Source: an uncultured bacterium
GTDB taxonomy: Bacteria > Verrucomicrobiota > Verrucomicrobiia > Limisphaerales > UBA8199
DNA length: 64,000 nucleotides
Direction of reading: 5' to 3'
Assembly: GCA_963749495.1 (NCBI GenBank)
Contig: CAVVMW010000012.1
Coordinates: forward strand, 192,001 to 256,000
The position numbers and the translations under genes were made by a program. The notes beneath the pieces are model-generated. The model saw only the letters and a list, made by a program, of their open reading frames with translations. It was not told where the DNA came from and ran no database searches. Below, piece after piece: positions 1 through 12,719 of the stretch. How positions within the stretch are numbered: the stretch's first letter is position 1; each line of letters starts with the position of its first letter.

Positions 1-948
1 GTGTTCATGGCCAAAGATGTGAGGGCCGGCCCAGTCTTTTTCGGCGGGATAAAAGAGAGTTTCGTAGTCGCCGGTGGCATTGACGGCGAGTTGAAACATC
101 TCTTGGAAATGGAGGTAGAGATTCTCGGGAGGGGTCGCCTCTTGTGGGACGTGAAGCTCTTTGAGTTCGTCGAACTTGGTGCGGACGGATTCGTAAAAGA
201 GCAGGCGGTTGGCGAAGACGTAGCACAAGGTGCGGGCAGCGCGGTCAACCAGGGAGCGCCATGTCTTGGGGTCGTTTCGGATAACCGCCCAGCCCTGGTC
301 GTTGGCCATCCATTCCTGCAAAAGATTATCAAAACGTTTCGAGCCGGCAGCACTTGCCCAGAGAAATTCGGTAGTGAGTTTGACCGGCCACGATATGTGG
401 CTTTCGAAAGCACGGATGAAGAATTCATCGGGGGCCATGCCCCAATCAGGCTGGTGGCCGGCCAGGATGCCCTCGAAATCAGCAAAGAAGCGGGCCAGGA
501 ATTCCCGGACTGCTCCTTCGACCTCGGGACGCGAAACGTCCTCGGGGCTATCGAGGTCAAGTCCGAGGTCGTAGTCCTTGAGGCGCCGTTCCATGATAGG
601 CTTCTGCCATTGCTTCGAATCGAAGAGAACGAACTTGTTGACGTTGCAGGTGAAGAAGAATTCGGCTCCAGCGTTGGACGCTTTCTGGTAGGAGTCCTCC
701 ACGAGGCTGGAGTTGTAGGCGTTGCGGCCCTCGGGTGTGCCGGGCAATTTGACTTCTCCGGCGAGAACCAGCCGGCTGCGGGCGTCGTAAACGCGGAGGT
801 CAGATCGCTTTCTCTTGATGCCCTTGGATTCCTCGATTTCGGTGCGCCTGAAGGGCATCTCCGGGTGTCCCTGGAAAATGGAGTCTGCCCATTTTGAGAC
901 GCGGCTGCAAAATGTGACCTCGTGGACGCGAATGTCGCTTTCGGCCAT
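1..948 (-). CDS. N-terminal part of a probable type IIG-like restriction-modification enzyme / N6-DNA methylase (runs off the window edge)
   Basis: Not in the ORF track because there is no stop in the window. Manual translation from the ATG at 948 gives MAESDIRVHEVTFCSRVSKWAD...KRKRSDLRVYD...LAGEVKLPGTPEGR...YQKASNAGAEFFFTCNVNKFVLFD, a PD-(D/E)xK-like nuclease N-terminus. The + strand ORF 1..897 is its antisense shadow. The MTase motifs would lie outside the window. Confidence 0.65.
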   Translation of the reverse strand, partial: MAESDIRVHEVTFCSRVSKWADSIFQGHPEMPFRRTEIEESKGIKRKRSDLRVYDARSRLVLAGEVKLPGTPEGRNAYNSSLVEDSYQKASNAGAEFFFTCNVNKFVLFDSKQWQKPIMERRLKDYDLGLDLDSPEDVSRPEVEGAVREFLARFFADFEGILAGHQPDWGMAPDEFFIRAFESHISWPVKLTTEFLWASAAGSKRFDNLLQEWMANDQGWAVIRNDPKTWRSLVDRAARTLCYVFANRLLFYESVRTKFDELKELHVPQEATPPENLYLHFQEMFQLAVNATGDYETLFYPAEKDWAGPHIFGHEH

Positions 949-1049
949 GGGGGATGATTAAGCAGAAAGAGGCGATTTCGCCAACAACTTTTTTTGGCGA
1001 GTCGCGGTGCCATGGGGAGGGGTCAAGCCTTTACAAAGCACGTTTTCTC

Positions 1050-1232
1050 TCACATTGGCAAGTGGCCGTGGGCTGAGGCAGCGGCAGTCTGGCGCCGCAT
1101 CGCGGCGTGCAAGCGGGCGCTCGCGTTCCGCGCCGTGCCCAGATGCAGCCGGCCGCCGATCTCCTTCTCTTTGTAGCCACGCCATCCCCGCCACCAGGTT
1201 CGCGTTGGGCGTCTCCACGACCAGATGAAAGC
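1050..1232 (-). pseudogene. Internally deleted remnant of a REP-associated tyrosine transposase (RAYT/IS200-like)
   Basis: Fragment FHLVVETPNANLVAGMAWLQ (HUH-adjacent segment) is joined directly, in another frame, to a C-terminal-like fragment EIGGRLHLGTARNASARLH. Confidence 0.5.
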
Positions 1233-1337
1233 CATCATTCCAAGCGCCACTGCCAGCGATTTCTGCCGCGCGTCGAACGTGAGAAATTCCTGAGCGTTGA
1301 GCTGGATGAGCAGACACGTGTCCGCGTAAAGGCTCAT
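1233..1337 (-). pseudogene. Internally deleted PIN/VapC toxin remnant
   Basis: MSLYADT (PIN N-terminal motif) is fused directly to LNAQEFLTFDARQKSLAVALG (PIN C-terminal TFD motif). It lies just downstream of a small antitoxin-like gene. Confidence 0.55.
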
Positions 1338-1343
1338 GCGGCG

Positions 1344-1571
1344 TTAGTAGCTTTCCTGCTCCCGCGCCAGCAGAACCAGATTCGGCAAAACTTTGCCGCC
1401 GAAGATTCTCCGCCGCCGAGCAGCAGCGTCAGGCCAGCGAATCCGGCGTTTGCGCCTGCGCGCCGGTTCCGCTTCAATCGCCGTTTCCAGTTCGTGGACG
1501 CACTCGAAGAATTTCCGACGCTCCCGCGGCGGCAACGCCTTGACCTGCGCCAGCACTTCATTCGCGCTCAT
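1344..1571 (-). CDS. Small putative antitoxin
   Basis: MSANEVLAQVKALPPRERRKFFECVHELE..., 75 aa, immediately upstream of the PIN remnant. Confidence 0.55.
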   Translation of the reverse strand: MSANEVLAQVKALPPRERRKFFECVHELETAIEAEPARRRKRRIRWPDAAARRRRIFGGKVLPNLVLLAREQESY

Positions 1572-1710
1572 CACCCAAATCATACGACGGACAGCGCATC
1601 CAGAGCAAGTTCGACCTCAGCCGTTATTGCGGCGGGGGCGCATCTGGCCAGGTACAACCACCTCCAGAGCAGGGGCGGCAATCTGGAGACCAGTCTTGCC
1701 AAGTCACACG

Positions 1711-1936
1711 GCAACCCAGAGGGTTGCCAGATGGTAGCCGGGGGTTGCCGCGCAGCGGTGACCCCCGGTCAAGAGTGGGAAGGATCCTGCACCCCGGAAC
1801 GGGGTGCCAGAAGCCAGCGTCCGGGCGCCTGAGCTGCCTTCTGGCATCCCTCCGGGATGCAGAAATGTATCACCCTTGGACCGGGGGTCTCGCTGCGCTT
1901 CGACCCCCGGCTACCATCTTTCATCCCTCCGGGATG
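1711..1936. repeat. Large REP-like/MITE-like inverted-repeat element with internal hairpins
   Basis: Arm agatggtagccgggggt pairs with acccccggctaccatct. Internal hairpins include catccctccgggatg (twice) and gcaacccagagggttgc. Confidence 0.7.
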
Positions 1937-1992
1937 AACCTGCTCCCTGGGCCTGACGTTTCAAGCCCAGGCGGTGCCCTACAAAATCTCTT

Positions 1993-3270
1993 TCAGCAGT
2001 ACACGAGCAGCGCCTGGGTAATGGGCGTGATGCGGTTGTGGTTGCGGAGCAGATTGATATGGGGCTCGGTCAGGGCCTGACCTTCGGGGATGAGGAGCAG
2101 GCCGTACGGGGTGTAGATGCCCTGGGCTACGACCATGCCGGGCTGCAACTCCGAGAGCAGGACCTCGCGCTGGTTGCTGGGCATGATTGTCTGGGGCAGG
2201 CTGCGCATGAGGGCGCGGACGGCATCCGGGTCGAAGGCGCCGCCGCTCTCGGTGCGCACGGCCTCCAGGGCGGCCTCCTGGCTGGCGGGGGAGGAGGCGA
2301 AGGCCACGGCCACCGCCAGCAGGCGCGCCAGCCAGGGGATGCGCTCGCCGCTCAACTGGTCCGGGTAGCCGCTGCCATCGAAGCGTTCGTGATGGGCCCG
2401 GATAATGGCCCCCACGGTTTGGAGGTCCGCCCCGAACGAGGCCAGGTCTTGTCCCAGGGCCGGGTGCAGGCGAATGATGGCGTTTTCCTCGTCGGAGAGT
2501 TTTTCAGGAGTCTGCTGCCACTTGCGGATCGACTCGCGGGGGGCGCTGACCAGGCCGATGTCGTAAAGCCGGGCGCTGATTTCGAGCACGCGCCGCTCCT
2601 GGCGAGGCAGTTCGAGGTCATGCCCCATGGCTTGGCAGAGGCTGAAGACGCGGCGGGCCTGCTGGCCCAGGACGGGGCAGAAGGTCTCCATGGTCTTGAG
2701 GCAGAGGAGGATCGAGTGGTCGAGGTTCTTGTGGAGGGTCTGGTTGAGGGCATCGAGCTGGCGGTTTTGGGCATCGACTTGGCGGAGTTGGGCTTTGAGG
2801 CGTTCGTTGAGGGCCAGGGCCTCGGCGTGGAGGGCGGCGTTGCGGCAGATCAGTTCGTAGCGCTGGGTGGCGTTCCTGACGGTCACCAGCAACTCCTCCT
2901 GGAGCCAGGGTTTGACAATGAACCGATAGACTTCGCCCTTGTTGATGGCATTGATGACGGTGCCCAGGCTCAGGACGGCGGTGATGAGGATGCGGGTGGC
3001 ATTGGGCTGGAGTTCCTTGGCCTGGGCGAGGAACTCCAGGCCGGTCAAGGCCGGCATCTGCTGGTCGGTGAGGATGACGGAAAAGGCATCGACGCGCAGC
3101 AGGCGCAGGGCCTCGAGCGGGTCCTCGACGGCGAAGACCTCGTAGCCGGTCAGGCGGAGGGTCTCGCGCAGGGCGGCCAGGACGACCTTCTCGTCATCGA
3201 CGACGAGGATGCGTTTGAGTTCCGGGACAGGAACGGAAGCGGGAGCGGGAGCGGGAGAGGGCACGCTCAT
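1993..3270 (-). CDS. Response regulator with HD-GYP output domain (HD motif reads YD)
   Basis: REC motifs ILVVDDE, ILTDQQMP and FIVKPW; output motifs LYDIG and HHERFDGSGYP. The start at 3270 overlaps the kinase stop codon. Confidence 0.85.
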   Translation of the reverse strand: MSVPSPAPAPASVPVPELKRILVVDDEKVVLAALRETLRLTGYEVFAVEDPLEALRLLRVDAFSVILTDQQMPALTGLEFLAQAKELQPNATRILITAVLSLGTVINAINKGEVYRFIVKPWLQEELLVTVRNATQRYELICRNAALHAEALALNERLKAQLRQVDAQNRQLDALNQTLHKNLDHSILLCLKTMETFCPVLGQQARRVFSLCQAMGHDLELPRQERRVLEISARLYDIGLVSAPRESIRKWQQTPEKLSDEENAIIRLHPALGQDLASFGADLQTVGAIIRAHHERFDGSGYPDQLSGERIPWLARLLAVAVAFASSPASQEAALEAVRTESGGAFDPDAVRALMRSLPQTIMPSNQREVLLSELQPGMVVAQGIYTPYGLLLIPEGQALTEPHINLLRNHNRITPITQALLVYC

Positions 3271-5312
3271 GGGAGGGGTTCTGTGGTAAAGAGGCTGTTG
3301 AGTTTGCGCAGGATGGTCTCGGCCTCGGCGTCGCTGGCCAGGACGAGGTCGGCCTTGTCCAGGATGCGCTGGTCCAGGTGGTCGAGGCTGCCGCCGATGA
3401 CCTGGAGGACCAGGCGCCGCGCCAACCCGCGCTCGCGCAATTCGGCCACCAGGCCCAGCATGGCGCTGTCGTCCGGATCGGCCAGGACCAGGACGCCGTG
3501 CAGGTCCCGCTCCTCGGTGGTGAGCAATTCGATGGTGCGGGCGGGGGTCTGCGTGGCGACGACGTAGAAATTGTTGGTGCGCAGGAACTCGGCGATGCTG
3601 TCGGCGGCCAGGCCCGGCTGGCCGACCAGGAGGATGCTGCGGCGGCGCTCGGCATCTTGCGTGGCCGTGCGCTCCGCCTCGGTGAAATCGGCCTCCGGCA
3701 GCCACAGGTGGAAAATCGAGCCTTTTCCTTCTGTCGAGTCCACCGAGATGGCGCCCCCATGTTCCTCGACAAAGACGCGGGCGTTGTAAAGGCCCAGGCC
3801 GGAGCCTTTGGTGAGCGGTTTGGTGGTGAAAAAGGGGTCGAAGAGATGGGGCAGGTGCCGGGCGGCGATGCCAGTGCCATTGTCCTGGACCGAGAGGCAA
3901 AGGCAGGGCAGCCGCGGAAAGGCGCCCTGGCATTGCGCCAGGGCCTGCGCGGCGATGTGCCGGGTGACACGGAACAGGAGCAGGCCGTGCTTGGGCATGG
4001 CGTCGGCGGCGTTGAGGGCCAGGTTCAGGACCACCTGCCGGAACTCGACGGCGTCCATGTACACCGGCAACTGCTGCCCGCCCAGTTGGGTCTCCACCTG
4101 GATGCGGCGCGGAAGGACCTTGCAGACCAACTCGGCCAGTTCGGTGACGACCTGATTGAAGTCCTGGTACTGGCGGCTGCCGGTCTTGCTGCGGTGCAGA
4201 TTGACGATGCGCTGGACCAACTGGCTGGCCTGGAGCGCGCTTCGCTTGATCAGATCGAATGTCGGCGCGCTCGGGTGGTCCCGGCCGGTCTGGGACATGA
4301 CCAACTCGGTCAGCGAGATGATCCCTGACAATTGGTTGCTGAAGTCGTGGGCCAGCCCCATGGTGACCAGCGCCAGAGTCTCCTTCCAGGCGGCCGTCGA
4401 GAGCCGCCGCTCGGCCAGCGTCTGGCGGGTGATGTCCAGCCAGAACCCCTCGTAACCCAGGACCAGGCCGGACTTGCTGACGGCCGCCTGGCGGTGCTCC
4501 AGGATGTAGGAGACCCTGCCTGTGAGCGCGTGGCGCAGCCGATAAGTGGTGGTGACGCCCTCCGGTGCCCGCGCCGCTTGCCGGCACTGGCGCTTGAACT
4601 CGTCCACGTCCGCTTCGTGAATCACTTCCCAAAACAGGCGCGGCTGCGCGCGCCAGGCCTCCGGCGGCACGCCGGTCAGTTCCTCGACCTTGCCGCTGAG
4701 GTGCTGGAACGAAAAGTCGGCCCGCTGGCTGAAGACGACACCCGGCCAGCGCTGGAGGAGCTTGTCGAGCTGCGATTCGGCCCGCAGCACTCGCACCCGC
4801 AACTGGACCTTCTCGGCGTCCTCGCCGGGGCGTGCCTCGGCCCCGGCCTCGACCAGGTCGCGCAACGGTGGCAGGGTCGAGTCCAGGCGCACGAACCAGC
4901 CGGACGGATTCGCGGCGACCTCGATGTGTACCCAGGACTTTCCCGAGCCGCCCGGGACCGGGAACCGGTCGCCCGCCCAGGGTGCGGCCTTGGCCCAGAG
5001 TTGCCCCAGGACGCCCGCCGCCTCAGGACACCGCCCGCCCAGCGCCTCCTCCAATGGCATCCCCACCAGTTGCTCCGGGGCCGCGCCCAGCCACCGGGCC
5101 AGGGCTTCGCTGATCTGCGTCACCCGCCGGGACGAATCCAACAAGGCCTGGCCGCCCTCCAGCCATCGGGCCGTGTCCCCAGGCTGTGGCGGCGGCCAGG
5201 ACCCTTCGGACAGGGCCGCCGAAGGCCCCGCCGCCCGCGCCGTCGGGGACGAGCCGTTGCCGGGTTGCGGCTGGGAACCCCGGGAAGCCAAAAAAGCATC
5301 TGTTTGGGCCAT
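3267..5312 (-). CDS. PAS-domain hybrid sensor histidine kinase
   Basis: PAS segments, H-box GLAHDFSNQL, N-box VLNLALNAADAM, DNGTG, PFFTTK and GSGLGL, plus a degenerate C-terminal receiver-like domain. Confidence 0.9.
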   Translation of the reverse strand: MAQTDAFLASRGSQPQPGNGSSPTARAAGPSAALSEGSWPPPQPGDTARWLEGGQALLDSSRRVTQISEALARWLGAAPEQLVGMPLEEALGGRCPEAAGVLGQLWAKAAPWAGDRFPVPGGSGKSWVHIEVAANPSGWFVRLDSTLPPLRDLVEAGAEARPGEDAEKVQLRVRVLRAESQLDKLLQRWPGVVFSQRADFSFQHLSGKVEELTGVPPEAWRAQPRLFWEVIHEADVDEFKRQCRQAARAPEGVTTTYRLRHALTGRVSYILEHRQAAVSKSGLVLGYEGFWLDITRQTLAERRLSTAAWKETLALVTMGLAHDFSNQLSGIISLTELVMSQTGRDHPSAPTFDLIKRSALQASQLVQRIVNLHRSKTGSRQYQDFNQVVTELAELVCKVLPRRIQVETQLGGQQLPVYMDAVEFRQVVLNLALNAADAMPKHGLLLFRVTRHIAAQALAQCQGAFPRLPCLCLSVQDNGTGIAARHLPHLFDPFFTTKPLTKGSGLGLYNARVFVEEHGGAISVDSTEGKGSIFHLWLPEADFTEAERTATQDAERRRSILLVGQPGLAADSIAEFLRTNNFYVVATQTPARTIELLTTEERDLHGVLVLADPDDSAMLGLVAELRERGLARRLVLQVIGGSLDHLDQRILDKADLVLASDAEAETILRKLNSLFTTEPLP

Positions 5313-5482
5313 GATCTTCGAAACTCGGCGGCCTGTGCGACCGCAGTTCAACTGTGTGCGGACCATAGTTTACCATGACCCTTGCGTGAATTGCCAGTGT
5401 CTTCTTTGTGCACGTCCACGCTTGTCATGCGCAAATCTTTCAGGCATGGTACTGGGTGCCTTTTACGCCCTGTCTTGTGCCT

Positions 5483-7539
5483 ATGCGATCCGTGCTTCGC
5501 GCCGGGTTGGCGCTGTTGCTGGCCGGCGCCCGGCCTTGCCTGGCACAGCCTATCCTGGGGCCAGGCGCCGTGCTCCCAACTCGACAGCGGGGTTGCCCGG
5601 AGGGCCGCGCCCGATGCTCCAGACGCCAGGATTTTCGGTCAACACGACTTCGAGGGAGGAGGTGCGGGCCTTTTACAACGGCGTCTATCTCAGTTCTCAG
5701 GGGGTGCCAATGGATTCGAGTGCGGACGTGTCCAGTTGCACGCCGGGGGCCAGTTCGCCGGCCTTCCAGGATTCGGTCTTGCGGCGCATCAACTGGTTGC
5801 GCGCGCTGGCCGGGGCGCCGGCGGGCATCACGTTCGATGCCGCGGAATGCACGAACGACCAGGCGGCGGCGATAATGCTCTCGGCAAACAATGCGCTCGA
5901 CCATTACCCGCCGCCAACTTGGCTCTGCTATAGCCAAGCGGGGGCCATCGCCGCCTCGAACTCGAACCTGGCCCTGGGCAGTTCGGGGGCCGATGCGATT
6001 ACGGGATACGTATGGGACTTCGGCGCCGACAATTATAGAGTCGGCCATCGCCGCTGGCTGCTCTTTCCACAGACGCAGGTGATGGGCACCGGGGACGTGG
6101 CCGGGCAGGGCACGAACGTCGCCGCCAACGCAACCTGGATCCTCGATGCCAACCTGTTTGGGCTGCGCCCGGATACCCGCGAGCCTTTTGTAGCCTGGCC
6201 CCCGGCCGGCTATGTGCCCTTCCAGTTGGCGTTTCCACAATGGTCATTCGCCCTGTCGGACGCGGACCTGAGCGCGGCCACCGTGAGCATGGCCAGCAAC
6301 GGTGTGGACGTGGCCGTCGCCCTCCAGCCCTACGAGACGGGTTACGGGGAGAACGCCGTGGTCTGGGTGCCGATGGGCCTGGATTTCGTGAGCAGCGCCT
6401 CGACCTTCCCGTTCAGCGGCACGGACACCGTCTATACTGTCACGGTTACCAACATCCTGGCCGGCCTCTCCGTCACCGGGTTCACTTACACCGTCACCCT
6501 GCTCGACCCCGCCGTGCCCGGGACCGATTACGTGGCCCAGGCGATTACCGGCCCCGCCCAGCCCTATGCCGCCAATCCCTACTTCCACTGGACCAATCTC
6601 TACACCTGCGTGCCCCCCAACAACCCTCACGTGACCGGCTACCAGTGGCGCGTCTCCCAACGCGCCCCGGGCAGCCTCTTTGACGGGGCGGAAAACGGGC
6701 TGACCAATTTCACCGCCATCACCTCGCCGGGCTATCTCGTCATCACCAACAAGGCGGTCGCGTCGGGCTCGAGGTCGTTTTACCTGGCCCATCCCCTCCC
6801 GGTTCCCCAAATCCTCCAGTTGAACCGGGTGTTGTTTCCCGCCACCAACACGCTGCTGACCTTCAAGAGCCGCCTCGGTCTTGCCATGACCAACGAGGTC
6901 GCCAGGGTCCAGGTCTCCGCCGATGGCGGCAGCGCCTGGAACGACATCTATGCCAGGCCCGGCAACGGCACCAATGGCGCATCGGAACCCAGCTACGTCC
7001 TGCGGACCGTCTCGTTGTCCGATTACGCCCACCAGGCCATCCTCTTGCGCTTCAACTATGACATCTCCCAGGGCCAGTATTTTTCCTCGATTGCCCCCGG
7101 CTCCGTCGGGTGGTCCCTCGATGACATCACCCTGAGCAATACCGACCAACTCCTCAACCTCACCACCAATGCCACGCTGACAGATTCCTTCGTCTTCACC
7201 CCTCAGCAAACCGGCACATTCAACCTCGAAGCCCAGGCCGTCATCTTCGACAACTTCCCGATCGGCTGGGGCCCGGTCCTCTCGGTCACGGCCATCTCCA
7301 ACACCGCCCCAGCCATCCTCCTGAGCCGCCCGTCCCGGGTCAACAACCAGGTCCGGCTCAGCTTCGCCGTTCTCTCCGGCATCGCCCGCACCTTTGCCCT
7401 GCTCCAAGCCGATGACCCCGCCGGCCCGTGGACCACCAACACCTCCGCCACGCTCACGACCAACCTCGCCGGCAGTTCCTATCGCTTCACCACTGCCTTG
7501 CCTGCCAGCAATCGCTTCTACCGCGTCCGCGCCCCGTAG
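5483..7539 (+). CDS. Secreted CAP(SCP)-domain protein with beta-rich C-terminal domains (frameshift after the signal peptide near 5580)
   Basis: Signal peptide MRSVLRAGLALLLAG lies in one frame. The body (INWLRALAG, LDHYPP, GHRRWLL) lies in another. Confidence 0.75.
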
Positions 7540-7562
7540 TTTGGCGCGTGAAATTTGGCGGC

Positions 7563-7645
7563 CAGAGCGCGGGAATGCCGCGCACTCTAAATCGAACCAC
7601 GTAACGTTGAAACGTTGGGCTATTCTCAAATGTCCCTCCGGGACA
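7563..7645. repeat. REP-like palindrome remnants
   Basis: agcgcgggaatgccgcgcactc also occurs at about 56693. aacgttgaaacgtt and gtccctccgggac form hairpins. Confidence 0.6.
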
Positions 7646-7741
7646 AAACTCACGGGACGCGTGCCCCGCGCGGTTAATCGCACCCAGGTCCTTCTCCCCG
7701 CTTGACGGATTTCGCCGGGCAACTATGTATTCAGTGTGCAA

Positions 7742-10342
<2,601 letters not shown>

Positions 10343-10512
10343 TCTTGCGGGACCGGACTGGTCTTGGGGCGTAGGACCGGCCGGACGAGTCTGTCGGGTC
10401 GGGCTACAAAACCGAGTTGATTTTGGAACGCTTCACCTGCCGTCCAACCCTCGGCTCACTACAGAGAATCGGCTCTTGTGAGGAAGCCATGAACTAATCA
10501 TAATCAACTACC

Positions 10513-10719
10513 ATGAAACCCAAGAATCTGTCGTATCTGCTCCTATTGGGCCTGGGCCTGTTCGTGTTGCCGGGCTGCATCTCGATTCCGCCACTGGTCC
10601 AAGTCGAGCACAAGGAAACCATCAACGGCAACCTCTCGCGCCGGCTGGATTCGATCGATCACCGGCTGGACAAGCTGGAACAAAAAGTCAACCGGCAGAG
10701 CGAAGCCAAAGCCCGCTAG
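10513..10719 (+). CDS. Small lipoprotein
   Basis: Signal peptide with lipobox LPGC and a short coiled-coil C-terminus. Confidence 0.65.
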   Translation: MKPKNLSYLLLLGLGLFVLPGCISIPPLVQVEHKETINGNLSRRLDSIDHRLDKLEQKVNRQSEAKAR

Positions 10720-10853
10720 ACGCCGGATCGGGAGCGCGGACGCTCTTGTCCGCGCGTTGCTTGTCCCGGAGGGACATCCGTTATGTGAGGCTTCACATAA
10801 CAAACGCTTCGCGAGTTCGCACGCGCGCCCCTGCCTCGCGCACAGGTTCCAGT

Positions 10854-11732
10854 TCAGTCGCCGCTGAGCATGGTCCACATGCCCCGCGGGGCGTTGGTCG
10901 TGCCGGTGCCGACGGTCTGAGTGATCTTGAGTGTTTGGGCGTGGTTGTCGTGGAAGAGATAATTGAACCGGCCGGCATGAAGGCCGTAGGAGGCGGCGCC
11001 GTAGTTGTAGGTCGAGGAACCGAGTTGGAAACAATCGGGGGTCAGCCAGTTGAAATTGGCGGTGGAATAAACGGGGCCGGCGCAGAACGAGGGCCAGTCG
11101 TTGCCCGCCATGTTCTCGCCGTTGGGCAGTTCGGCCAGGAGGATGGTGCCGGCGCTGTCCTGGACGACGCCGCTCTTGTATCCGGGCGGCTCCCAGGGGG
11201 GTATCGAGCCGTCGTTGTGCTTGATATAGATGCCGACGCCGAACTTGGCGGGCGGCATGGTCCCGTGGGCATCCAGGTCCCAGATGCCGGCGAAATTCAC
11301 GGAATAGGACCGGCGCGTGGCATAGGGACCCCAGGAGATCGAGACCTGGATCAGATCCGCCGGGCATTTGAGGATCTTGGGGACTTTGTTGGAGGCGGTA
11401 ATGCCCAGGATGAGATCGTCATCCGCATCGGTGCCCCCGATGTAGTGGTGGATGTAATCGTCCCAGGTCAACTGGTATTGGTAATCCCCGGTCCGGTAGG
11501 CGGCCGGCGGCAGCACGTCCGCGTGGTCGGTTGACCACAAGGCGAGGCCCACGCCGAGCTGTTTCATTTGCGACAGGCACTGGAGCCGCTGGGCCCGGGC
11601 CTTGGCCTTGGCCAGCGCCGGCAACAGCATCGCCGCGAGGATAGCGATAATGGCTATCACCACCAGCAGCTCGATCAGCGTAAACGCGCCCGCGGCGCAG
11701 GTCCGGTCCCGAACAAGAGGTCTGTTGCTCAT
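10854..11732 (-). CDS. Prepilin-type N-terminal cleavage/methylation protein (DUF1559 / H-X9-DG family)
   Basis: [25 protein letters not shown], and C-terminal [14 protein letters not shown]. Confidence 0.9.
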   Translation of the reverse strand: MSNRPLVRDRTCAAGAFTLIELLVVIAIIAILAAMLLPALAKAKARAQRLQCLSQMKQLGVGLALWSTDHADVLPPAAYRTGDYQYQLTWDDYIHHYIGGTDADDDLILGITASNKVPKILKCPADLIQVSISWGPYATRRSYSVNFAGIWDLDAHGTMPPAKFGVGIYIKHNDGSIPPWEPPGYKSGVVQDSAGTILLAELPNGENMAGNDWPSFCAGPVYSTANFNWLTPDCFQLGSSTYNYGAASYGLHAGRFNYLFHDNHAQTLKITQTVGTGTTNAPRGMWTMLSGD

Positions 11733-11881
11733 GTTACATCATCGCCCAAGCCGCCCGCCTCAGCCTGCTCCTGTTTCTCATCAGGCCTTCGGTTTGTCAA
11801 TAGCCTAATGAACTTCCCCGGCCTTGCCTGTCGTCAAAACAGGGGACAGCGGAGGGACGGGCGAATGACGAATGGACCGAA

Positions 11882-12063
11882 TGCGGAGTGCGGAGTGCGG
11901 AGTGCGGAATGACAAGTGGGGAAGCCTTAGAAGGGAGGGCAGACAAGGAGCGAATGACGAATGACGAATGACGAATGACAGAATCCTCAGAAGTAATTCT
12001 CTTCAAAATGATTTTGCCAAAAATGATTTTGCCAAAAATGATTCTGTTCACGATGATTCTGCC
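11882..12063. repeat. Cluster of short tandem repeats: (TGCGGAG)x4, (GAATGAC)x4, (AAAATGATTTTGCCA)x2 plus degenerate copies
   Basis: Directly visible tandem units in the intergenic region. Confidence 0.85.
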
Positions 12064-12477
12064 ATGAGCGCATTCCCAGTCAGCCCGGAAAAGGAAGACC
12101 AACTGGCCCGGCGCATGGCCGAACTGGGCGTGAGGGAGGCTGATTTGGAGGAGAGCTTCGTCCACTCCGGCGGCCACGGCGGGCAGAATGTCAACAAGAC
12201 CTCCACCTGCGTGATGCTGCTCCACCGCCCGAGCGGGCTGCAGGTCAAATGCCAGGTCACCCGCCAGCAGGGACTCAATCGGTTCATCGCCCGCCGGTTG
12301 TTGCTGGACAAGCTGGAGTTGCTGCGCACGGGCCGTGTCGCCGCCCAACGCGCCCGCATCGAAAAGGTTCGACGCCAAAAGCGGCGCCGCAGCCGCCGCG
12401 CCAAACAACGCATGCTCGCCGACAAGGCCCGCCATTCGGCCAAGAAACAATCCCGCGCGCCCGTCGCGCCCGAGTAG
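12064..12477 (+). CDS. Peptide chain release factor-like peptidyl-tRNA hydrolase (ArfB/YaeJ-like)
   Basis: SGGHGGQNVNKTST GGQ motif and a basic C-terminal tail. Confidence 0.85.
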   Translation: MSAFPVSPEKEDQLARRMAELGVREADLEESFVHSGGHGGQNVNKTSTCVMLLHRPSGLQVKCQVTRQQGLNRFIARRLLLDKLELLRTGRVAAQRARIEKVRRQKRRRSRRAKQRMLADKARHSAKKQSRAPVAPE

Positions 12478-12503
12478 CAGGCGAGCCCATCCTGACGCTG
12501 CCC

Positions 12504-12617
12504 CCGGAGTGCGCCCGTCCCCGGGCGCAGCAGCGACGGAGCGGGCAGGCGCGCCGGAGTGTTTGACCGCTGCCTTGGCTCCGGACGTTGCTGCGCCCGG
12601 GGACGGGCGCACTCCGG
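12504..12617. repeat. REP-like inverted repeat (GGAGTGCGCCCGTCCCCGGGCGCAGCA arms)
   Basis: About 28-bp arms in inverted orientation, each with an internal hairpin. Confidence 0.8.
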
Positions 12618-12719
12618 TCCGGCCCCCGACGGTGTGGGCGGTGTCGGGATGCGCCCGAGTAGCGGGCGGCGGGGCGGTTTAACATTGAAATCCCCTCCCA
12701 GCGCCGTCATGCTCGACGG

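Noticed and set aside
1..897. 298-aa + strand ORF
   Set aside because: Antisense shadow of the minus-strand RM-like gene starting at 948.
3271..4632. Long N-terminal extension of the HD-GYP ORF
   Set aside because: Alternate frame of the kinase gene; the plausible start is 3270.
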